Shown here: piece by piece, positions 53,883-64,000 of the stretch
Numbering within the stretch: position 1 is the stretch's first letter
Layout of the letters: each line of letters begins with the position of its first letter
Source of the DNA: Octopus vulgaris
Taxonomy: Eukaryota
Assembly (NCBI GenBank): GCA_951406725.2
Contig: OX597825.1
Coordinates: 80,228,001-80,292,000 of the forward strand
Direction of reading: 5' to 3'
DNA length: 64,000 nucleotides
Made by a program: the position numbers and the translations under genes
The notes under the pieces: model-generated
Seen by the model: only the letters and a program-made list of their open reading frames with translations
The model's database searches: none
What the model was told of the DNA's origin: nothing

Positions 53883-54269
53883 CTCTTTTACTCTTTTACT
53901 TGTTTCAGTCATTTGACTGTGGCCATGCTGGGGCACTGCCTTTAGTTGAGCAAATCGACCCCAGGACTTATTCTTTCTAAGCCTCGTACTTATTCTATCG
54001 GCCACTTTTGCCGAACAGCTAAGTTATGGGGACGTAAACACACCAGCATCGGTTGTCAAGTGATGTTGGGGGAACAAACACAAACATATACACACACATA
54101 CATACATATATACAACAGGCTTCTTTCAGTTTCCGTTTACCAAATCCATTCACAAGGTTTTGGTCAACCCAAGGCTATAGTAGAAGACACTTGCCCAAGG
54201 TGCCACTCAGTATGAATGAACCCGGAACCATGTGGTTGGTAAGCAAGCTGCTTACCACACAGCCACTCC
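53883..54269 (-). mobile_element. Family A SINE, full length
   Basis: Match to the reference copy. Confidence 0.9.
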
Positions 54270-54851
54270 AGCCACAAGTCTGTGGTAGCAATATTTATAA
54301 CGTAATTAGAGTTCTAATATAGGAAACAAGATTACTGAGGGACAGTGCAATCATCTGTGAGGTTGAAGGGCTGTATTTCATCCTTTGGGTTTGATAAAGT
54401 CCAAGACCAAACACTAGTGCTGGTGGAATTGCTGGAGCGTGGAACAGTTTGTAGTGTTTGTTTCTGTTCTTTGTGTTCTGGCAGTAATGCCTGGCACCAA
54501 GCTTTTACATATCTTCAGCTTCATTATTTTTACATCCAGTGTCCATGCTGGCATGGGTTTGAGGAGGCACCATGATCTGAGTTCATGTTTTGAGTTAGAT
54601 AGATTGGAGGAACACAGCTTGGGCCACACCACACATCGTCTGAGGAACAAACATTGGTCATTCCCTCAGACATCATTAGTGGTGTGGGGAGGAGTGACAT
54701 GCATGTACAGGTAAATTCTATTCTTCCATAAAAGGAAAATAATTTTAGACCAGGTGTGCATGTCTTGCAGATTTTTGGAAACGCTGGATTTTTATCATTG
54801 CTTTTGATCATCATTATATTCCACCCCACTTTTGCTTAATTGACAAATACC

Positions 54852-55086
54852 TATTTCTTTACTACCCACAAGGGGCTACACAGAGAGGGGACAAACAAGG
54901 ACAGACAAACGGATTAAGTTGATTACATCGACCCTAGTGCATAACTGGTACTTATTTAATCGACCCTGAAAGGATGAAAGGCAAAGTCAACCTCGGCGGA
55001 ATTTGAACTCAGAACGTAGCGGCAGACAAAATACCGCTAAGCATTTCTCCCAGCGTGCTAACGTTTCTGCCAGCTCGCCGCCTTGT
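54852..55086 (-). mobile_element. Family B SINE, full length, 16-bp TSD
   Basis: ttaattgacaaatacc at 54836-54851 and 55087-55102. Confidence 0.92.
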
Positions 55087-55659
55087 TTAATTGACAAATA
55101 CCAGTAATATATTGGTACTTATCTTTAACTACTATATACCTCACTCTCCTATGTGAATAGGTGAGATTTTATCAATGTAAGAAATATTCATTGATATCAT
55201 CACATGGGCCATCGTCACCGCCCCCACTGTTTGAATGCCACAAGATCATCATCATCACCATCACCATTGCCATAACTACTGCCACCACAGTTCAGTAGAG
55301 TCTTAATGGGTGGAATTCAATGGGTTTTGTAATCTTCACAATATTTGTGACAATGATTTCAATCCTGAAGATATTGAAAAATAAGCCAAATAAAAGAGTA
55401 GAAATAAAAAAAAGAAAAAGAAAAGATATGGGTGACATACAAACAACAACAACAACAACAACAACATGACTTTTGTACAATGTCATGTCTCCTTCATCTG
55501 ACATAAGGTGGGACTGAGAATAGAGAAGCAGGAAATGGGTGGGGGTGGGTGGGCGGGAGGTGAAATATAATAGGTAGATCAGTCCACAGTGGAAGGTTTT
55601 AAGATTAAGGTTTTTCACTATCAACAATGGAGGGTGTGTGTGTGTTTGGGAGTGTGGAC

Positions 55660-56182
55660 CAGAGAGAGAGAGAATGAGCAAGAGAGTGCGTGAGAAAAAG
55701 AGAGTGAGTGACAGAGAGCGACAGAGCGAGGATGCGACAGAGAGCAAAGGCGTGACAGAGTGAGGGAGTGACAGAGAGAGAGAGAGAGAGAGAAAGCAAC
55801 AGAGACTGAGGGAGCGACAGAGAGAGAGAGAGAGAGAGCAACAGAGCAAGGGTGCAGCAGAGAGTGAGAGAGTAAGGAAGCAAGAGAGAGTGAGGGAGCA
55901 ACAGACAGAGAGGGAGCGACAGAGAGCGAGGAAGCGGAATGAGAGGCAGAGATCAAGAGAGAGTGAGAGTAGGAGTGAGCTAGAGATGGAATGAGAGAGA
56001 GAGACAACAAGCAAGCAAGAGAGTGAGAAAGTAGGTGTGTGTGTGAAAAGAGAGAGAGAGAGAGAGAGAGTGTATGTGTGTGCGCAAGAGAGAGCATGTG
56101 TTAGTGTGAGAGAGTGTGTGTATATGTGCATGTGTGTGTATGCATGTGTATATGTGCATGTGTGTGTATGCATGTGTATGTG
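55660..56182. repeat. GA-rich cryptic repeat followed by TG/TATGCA repeats
   Basis: Direct inspection; explains the 293-aa low-complexity ORF. Confidence 0.9.
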
Positions 56183-56989
56183 TAAAACATGATGAATCTA
56201 AATTAAGTAAATGGTTGTCATGTAATCCATAGTTTAGAAAGTTTCTTGAAATATTTAATTAGGAGACAGAAAAAAAAACACAGACCTTTTAATCATCATT
56301 CCTTAATTAACAAAATTGAAATGGGTGAGTGAATGTTGTAAAGGACCACCAACTTGTAAGTTGGGAGCTCAAATCCACTACAGGTGTTTTACTTTGTCTT
56401 AGAGAAAATGTACATCCCTTCAATCACACCTCAATTTCTCAACCATAGATAAAAGATAGAAGAATTTTGGGAAAAGTTTTTAAAATGTTAGCCATGGTTG
56501 ACTAGGATCGTGTCTAAAGGGAGACAATCGGTCATTTACAGAAATAAATTAGTTGAATTTGTGAAGCTAGATTAGAGATAATCTATCTCTAGACAGAATA
56601 CAGGTAGAATTCTTAGAAAATCAGGGATATAGTCTTATGATTATTATAATTGATTTGTGTAGAATTGAAAATGTCAAGAAACACAAGAAAAGAAAGAAAA
56701 GTGGATTTAACATCAAGACATAGTATGTAAGAAATAAATTAGTATTGTAATATTGCATCTCTATGAAGTCAGCTTTGCCTTTCATCCTTTCGGGGTCGAT
56801 GAATTAAGTACCAGTTGTGTACTAGGGTTGGTCTAATCGACTGGCCCCCTCTCCAGAAATTCCGGGCCTTATGCTTAGAGTAGAAAAGAATATTGCATCT
56901 CTATGGATAAGATATGAATTATTAGCGCTACCATTTATTGAACTGGTTGGTATTAACAAAGAAATGCCCAAAACTTATTGGTGTTGCAG

Positions 56990-57305
56990 AGATGTGGTTT
57001 GTTGGAGGAATGCTGAAGTATCCTACATTGATACATTGATAAATGCCAAAGTCCTCAGACAATGGAAAACCACCAGAATAATTCTCAACAATGCAAGGAA
57101 ATGTTTGTGTAGACATAAGCTTACTTCCTCCATCAGATCGACATTACCTGTACAGGTGCACCATGTGCCACATGTCAGATGATGAAATGATCGCAGGGCA
57201 ATGTGAAATGAAGTGCTTTGCTCAAGAACACAATGCAACGCCCGGTCTGGGAATCAAACCCACGATCTCGCAATCGTGAGTGCAACACACTAACCACTGA
57301 GCCAT
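56990..57305 (-). mobile_element. tRNA-derived SINE (further family)
   Basis: Minus head tggctcagtggttagtgtgttgcactcacgattgcgagatcgtgggtttgattccc; core ttcttgagcaaagcactt. Confidence 0.65.
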
Positions 57306-57939
57306 GTATGCACATAGTTTATAGCTTATATACACCATGGGTGTACATAGCTTATATACATCATATGTGTATATAGTTCATAGTGTATATAATAAACCAT
57401 GATTGTTTACAGTTAGTTTACATCACAAGCCTAAGTAGTTTAAAGAGACCATGGGTGTATATGATTTATATATACATCAGTGTATATAATTTATTTTGTA
57501 ATAAGCAAATATTTTATATCAGTATTTCATTAGATTTAGTTGCTTTTTTGTGTGTTTAACCACAGGTCAGTCCTTATCCAGTAGGCCTGTCATCAACTAT
57601 GCTGCAGATATAAACACTTTGTCCCTTTTTCTCAAGCTTTGTATATCTGGGCATCTATTATTTAATGTGCACCTCTCTTTTCAATATGAAAGGCTGTAAT
57701 ATAATGGAGATTTGACAGCTATTTCAAACAACCCGAACATTTAATCCCGAGGTTTCTTGGGATGAAGTTCAAATGCTCTCCACCTGCCCCACAGCCAGAA
57801 GAGGTGAGGGGGATGTAATGAGAAACTATTGCTGTGTTCTCTCTTTTGAATCACCATAGAAACCATTGAATACAAGGCTTATGTGATAACCTGTGACCTC
57901 TAGATTCACAGGGCATTATTACTATTAGCACAAAGGCAA

Positions 57940-58167
57940 GGAGCAGGGCAAAATTGTTAGAACACTGAGCAAACTGCTTAGCAGTGTTTAGTCTGAATAT
58001 TAGGTTCTGAGTTCAAATTCCACCAAGGTCGACTTTGCCTTTCATCCTTTCAAGGTCAATAAATTAAGAACCAGTTACGCACTGGGGTTGATATAACCGA
58101 CTTCATCCGTTTGTCTGTCCTTGTTTGTCCTCTCTATGTTTAGCCCTTTGTGGGTAATAAAGAAATA
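57940..58167 (+). mobile_element. Family B SINE, LINE-type tail
   Basis: Match to the 29041 copy. Confidence 0.85.
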
Positions 58168-58476
58168 GGTAAATGTCTTGGACTCAACTAGACAGACAAA
58201 TAAATAACTGGCTGTGTCTTGGCATCATGTGATGATTGTAAATGAATGACTTTGTCATAGGAAATCTGTGTCATTTATTTCCAATCTTCTAGGAAAGCTG
58301 TAACCAGCCAAGGGGAAATGTCATCTTGCTTGGAAACAGGTGAAGGTTGGTGACAGGAAAGGCAACCCAGCTGTAGGAAAGCTTTCACAATGAATTCAGT
58401 CTGATCAATGGAAGCATGAGAATTTTGTTGTTGTTTTTTTGCAGGGAAATGTGAATGTTATGTTGCAGCTGCTTGG

Positions 58477-58847
58477 TTGTTTGTTTGTTTGTTTGTTGAG
58501 CGAATCGGTCTTCGTGGGAGAAGTCCGAAATGTGATCCTTTGCTATTCGTAAGACCCGCAGAAGAGAAAGCAGGTCAACCCCCGACACCGAGAGCATTGA
58601 CAGATAGATGAATGCGCATCCAGGCTCAGCGGTTGCGTAGGAAGTCAGGGACAAGAAACAGGAAGAAAGAGTGAGAGAAAGTTGGAGCGAAAGAGTACAA
58701 CAGGGGTCGCCACCACCCCCTGCCGGAGCCTCGTGGAGCTTCAGGTGTTTTCGCTCAATAAACACACACAACGCCCGATCTGGGAATTGAAACCACGATC
58801 CTCTGACCACGAGTCCACTGCCCTAACCACTGGGCCATTGCACCTCC
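58477..58847 (-). mobile_element. GC-rich tRNA-derived SINE with (CAAA)n tail
   Basis: Head ggaggtgcaaTGGCCCAGTGGttagggcagtggactcgtggtcagaggatcgtGGTTTCAATTCCc. Confidence 0.8.
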
Positions 58848-59577
58848 ACTACTGCTGCTGATGATGATGGCTGTTGTATGACAAAACATTTTAACCAAAG
58901 CTCTGTCACACACACACCTAAGACACTTTTCTTCAAGAATATCAAACAACAGTCGTGTAACAAGTCCTCTCAGTACCCTGAGGTGAAGACACTGTTGGGT
59001 TCCCCCCACCTCACCTTAATTAACAGACATGATAGGCCAGGGGAAATTCTGTGCCACTTCACACCTGTTTACAGGAGTGAGTGGCTGGGGAGGAAGCGGG
59101 ATGCTACGTTTCTGCTAAACCCACATCAGATTTACATAGAGAGAAAAAAAAATTAATCGGTCTTTAACCTTTCTGAGCCGAGAAAGGAAAACATCTGCTG
59201 AAATCTCAAAAGAGAGCAAACTGCATTTCGCTGCAAAAGGAACATTAAAAACTGCATACAACCTGCATGCACACTCATTCAACCTGTGTCACCCGAAACA
59301 CAAAGTCATCTTAACTTTACATTCATTGTGACATTTACTCTGTTGTAATTTCAAAGAATCATGTAAATGTTTTCAAAGATCTAACAAACGACATTCCTTA
59401 AGCCTGTCCTGTTCAACTGGTTACTGTATATATACATATTGAAAAAGGTGGGGGGACAATACTTGCATCTTGGAGGTGCAGTAACGGATTAACCCTTTCA
59501 GCACCATATTTCTGGTGAAATACACTGCCTTCGTTTCAATTAATTTTTAAAATAACGAAGAATTTAGTGAAATAACA

Positions 59578-60023
59578 TGTCGTTCGAAATCAAATTTGAT
59601 GACTGGCATACGAGTGAGATCAGGGCCAGAGCAACAAGCTGGCCTCTGAGCCGATGGCACATTAAAAATACCATTCGAGCATGATCGTTACCTGTGTCGC
59701 CTACTAGCACTTGTGTTGGTGGCACGTGAAAAAACATTCGAGCAAGGTCATTGCCAGTGCCGCTGTACTGGCTACTGTGCAAGTGGCACATAAAAAGCAC
59801 CATTTGAGCATGGACGTTACCAGTACCACCTGACTGGCCTTCATGCCGGTGGGACATAAAAGCACCCACTACACTCTCGGAGTGGTTGGCATTAGGACAG
59901 ACATCCAGCTGTAGAAATTCTGCCAGATCAGATTGGTGTCTGGTGCAGCACCTGGTTCGCCAGACCTCAATCAAATCGTCCAACCCATGCTAGCATGGAA
60001 AGCGGACATTAAATGACGACGAC
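59578..60023 (+). mobile_element. Family C retroposon nested in a piggyBac-type MITE that starts at 59493
   Basis: Inverse of the 9226-9705 copy; MITE-like sequence on both flanks. Confidence 0.85.
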
Positions 60024-60604
60024 AAATCTGATGTATGGTACATAACTTAAGATGAAATTTTTATGGAAAATTCTAATTTATTCTCTTTAAAAACAGGAAC
60101 CAAGAACAGTCTAAGATAGACTATGTGTTAAAACTCCAAAAGTAGAAGTAAAAATTGGTTTTTACCCTTCTTTGGTCTTTGTGTGTTTGGAAGATTGAAA
60201 CAGCAGGATGAAGTTAGTCTGTGTAATGCCTTGTTTGATCTGCTTTATATTACAGATGGAAACAAGCAGTGAGTACATATCAAAGGGAACAGAAGTCCAC
60301 AGTAGAAAGATTGGATAAAATGTTTAATATGGAGCTGAGACACAGCAGCAGTGTTAAAGAAGATGTGAGAGGATCAAGAAGATTCAGAATAAGTGGACAC
60401 CAAGTGAGGAAGAGAAGCTGCAGTAGGTAATAAGAGTCAGGTGAAGAAAGATGCAATTGAACAGAGTCAACGAGTCATTTGTTGGGAAGTTGTTTGTGTT
60501 TGTGGGTTGTTTGCCTTAAAACAAGCAGACAGGTTTTATGGTAAGTGATCTAGTGTAGAGTTGAATATTATGGTCTATACCTGGAGGTATATTTGAGGCC
60601 TTAA

Positions 60605-60763
60605 CCCTTTCAATACCAACCCCTCCTGAAACCGCCTCTGGCTCTGTAGTACAAATGTCTTGTTTTCATAAGTTTTGAACTAAAATCTTCCACCAAACCT
60701 TAGTCACAATTTATGTTCCTAACACTAGCTTAATGATAATTAAGAAATACGGTAACAAAAGGG
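60605..60763. mobile_element. piggyBac-type MITE, internally deleted
   Basis: TTAA|CCCTTT..AAAAGGG|TTAA; a further fragment at 60912-61030. Confidence 0.75.
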
Positions 60764-63700
60764 TTAATAAGAAAAATAATCAGCAGAAGACATAAAAGAA
60801 AGGAGACCTCAGAGTGGTTGCTCTATATGCTAGAAATAATAGCCTAAATTTCCTTCAATCCACACCCTTCCAACTGCTTCTAATGCCTATCTGCCCAAAT
60901 GTAGAGGTGTTTTATGTTCCTAACACTAGCTTAATGATAACTAAAGTACTTTACTAAATTCTTTGTTATATTTAAAGTAATTGAAAGAAACACAGAGCAT
61001 CTCAAAATAAATACAGTAACGAAAGAATTAAAGAGAATCTTCATCTGTTGAGGACTGAAGTATAATGTGGAACAGCAATTTTTAAAGCAACTTTGGTTAG
61101 CAACATACAAATGTGACACTTCCATGAGGGATCCCTAGAAATAACTTGGATGATCAAGTGAATGATTTAAAGGGTTGAGTCTTTAGTTTCATAATCTTAG
61201 TGTTAATAAGCAGGTAAGGAAAAATCCCCCGGGATAGTATGCTAGTCTACCTTAGGTCATATTTTCAAATAATCCAGTACCCATTTTTGACAGGTATGAG
61301 CAGACATCCTATGTATAGAGTTAAGTGTACCATCAAAATACATACGATGCCTTTAAGCAGCGCTGTCTTAGCCCTATAGGACCCCAAACAAAGCAAAACA
61401 ATGGAGCTTGTAGCCTCTGACAGCAAGTCACAACATACATAAGTATTGGGTCCCTTGACTTGTAGAGCATCCAAAGTAAGCTGTCCACTGATTCCATGAC
61501 TTAGAATGGCACAGTCTATGGGTCGATAAGTCCTGCTACATGGAGGATGTAATTTTGTTTTTACAAATGGAAATATTTCCTAATATTGAAGTCTCTTTTA
61601 CAAATTGTCACCAGAAACTTGATTGTTGCCTTTGTACAGAAAATATACCCAAATTTACTCAGATAACATTCGTTAATCTTTCTGTTTATCCGTCTGAGCA
61701 AATAAAACACTATTTAATATAACTGATAACAGATAAAAACAAAATACACTTACAAATTTACTCGTTTGATAATATTTTTTACATTCTATTTTTAGTTGAT
61801 GGAGTTAGAAAAATGAAATAAAACAAAATCAATGTTAAATATAGATTGGTTTTACATTTTTGTCCATGTTTTCATTGATTAGAGAATCACAACCAATCAG
61901 GTAGATAGGATTCTGGTCTACAAACCAAAAGGTTAGAAGTTCAAAACCTAGCTTCGGCATTGCACTACCTATCAGGCAGACAGCTTTTATTGTGAGTGGT
62001 GTGGTGTCTAGTTGAATATGAGGGGCTATAAATGTAATGTGCAAGCAATATCTGGGCCCTTAAGGAGAGGATCATCCTCTGTTGAGGACTGAAACATAAT
62101 GTGGCTCAGAATTTTTAAATGCAGCTTTGGTTAGAACTAAGAATGCAACAGTTCCAAGAGAGATCTTTAGAAAATGTATGAAGATCAAACGAGAGATTTA
62201 AGGGATAAGTTCCATATTCCAAGTATTTCAAGTAAACAAATATCCGTCTGCTTCAACCCTATGGACTCAAGAGGCCAGAGTTTATCATGGTTTCCATGGC
62301 AACTGAAAACCCAAGGACCCACCTCTGAATGGTATGCCAGTTCATTGCAGAGTGAACCTCTCCAATGGCCATTGCTACTCCTTTCCAACTGGCATGGTCG
62401 TGTGGTAAAGAAGTTTGCTTCCCAACCACATGCTTTTGGGTTCAGCCCCACTGCGCGTCACCTTGGGCCAGTGCCTTTTATTTTAGCTCCAGGCTGACCG
62501 AGGCCGTGTGAGTGAATTTGGTAGACAGAAACTGAAAAAGGAGCTTGGCAATGTGTAAGTACATGTGTACTTACATAATCTATGTAGATAAATGATAGAA
62601 AATGGAATGAACAAAATTATTCAATATCATTACAATCGTTTCAACACATTTTTACACTTTTATTACACTGGTGAGATGTTGGGTTACCATCATCATCCAT
62701 CCAAGGTGTAAAACGCACCTCCTTAGGGGATCAAGTCCTTTAGTAGATCCCACTGTCATTTCGCTTGAGCATTCTTATTTCTTTATTGCCTACAAGGGGC
62801 TAAACATTGAGGGGACAAACAAAGGGATAAGAAATAAGATTGATGCCCAAGCCAAGTTTCTTCACGTTTTCCATATCACCAAACCAAAGGTGTAGCAACT
62901 GAAAATATATGGCAGTGCCTACCTACAAAATGATTTTTATTCTCTACACTGTCCCCTCATAATTAAATTGCCTTACAACCCCATTGAATCCTGAAAGTCA
63001 ACCACAAGGATTATCCACAAATATGGTTGATATACACATCAAGAAACAGAGTATATACAAAGCTGTATTTATAAGAAACTTTAGTATAAAATGTCCTTCT
63101 TTCTAATGCAAAGAAATGACATTGGATGTGAACTATTACAAGGAATTAACTAAATGCAAGTTCATCAGATTTAATCCAAATAAACAACAGTTACTTTTGA
63201 GAAAGTAAGCAAAATTAAAGAATTACAAACTGTGCAAACCCACAGGCTAATTTACACAGTGATAAAGGATATTCTAAACCAATTCTAGAAATAATATATA
63301 TACCAAGGAGTAGCAACTTCATTTTTTGTAACGACTCAGTTTTGACATTTTTTAGGAGGAGGGGGGGGCATTTTCCCCTGGGTCACAATGGGTAATGTAT
63401 CAAATCTTGGATATAAGAAACATTCCAGTATATTCTCCATTTCCACCATTGGCTATGCTTTTTTAAACAAAAAAATTAAATTGTGACATTAAAGACTATT
63501 TAAAAGCCAACACCTTCTCTATGGCCTATGAATATATTACATTTGAAACGCACAAAAAAAGAAAATACCCAGTGTATATCTCTGGTATGCAATTAACTTT
63601 TTCTAAAAATCTAATTACACTAGAATATGCAGAGGGCAGCAGGGAAGTCTACACTGGACATAAGTGTCATTCTTCAGAATAAACCCCTTTGTAATTGAAA

Positions 63701-64000
63701 GGGAATGACATGAAGGCAGGAGTGAAAATATATAAAATTACTTAATTCTAATTAATTTCAAATAATTAATTAACAGCTACAGTAACATTGCTACTATTGT
63801 TAAGCAACTTTTGTCAGCTTGTTGCCAGTAGATCTAAAACGAAATGTAAATGTCTCCTTAAGTCCCAGGGTGGGGGATTACTTTTATGGGCATATGGGTG
63901 CTGAACAATTAATATAAGTGAAGTAGATGAGAGACAAATCTCTCCCTGGACAGAATGTAAAATCTCTCAAACATTCTTCAAATAATTAGTAACTATTCCC

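Noticed and set aside
53946-54322. Recurring peptides such as IVEDTCPRCH / YSRRHLPKVP
   Set aside because: They are translations of family A SINE copies, not a gene family
55292-56173. 293-aa ORF, the longest in the track
   Set aside because: It is a translation of GA/CA microsatellite and is low complexity

Overview
AT-rich eukaryotic genomic DNA, densely filled with repeats. The SINE families, piggyBac/Tigger/hAT MITEs and microsatellites look like octopus (cephalopod) DNA; this is pattern-based inference, not verified. No complete protein-coding gene can be built. The supplied ORFs are almost all read-through of SINEs or microsatellites. Recognisable coding remnants are non-LTR retrotransposon 3' ends (Hero-like, L1/Tx1-like zf-RVT, CR1, RTE) and a Tc1/mariner C-terminus. 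A CpG-retaining region at about 36-37.5 kb looks like a promoter and holds a candidate minus-strand first exon (MASKLLRLFKQ|GTGAGT); a few other isolated exon candidates exist. Most notable: (1) a tRNA-headed element carrying a degenerate Penelope-type hammerhead ribozyme, with a fold-back end and a 12-bp target-site duplication (TSD) at 53.1-53.4 kb; (2) a palindromic TSD-flanked family with similar architecture; (3) a SINE whose 3' tail matches local L1/Tx1-like LINE ends and which repeatedly sits at GGTAW targets. Family labels A-D are mine.
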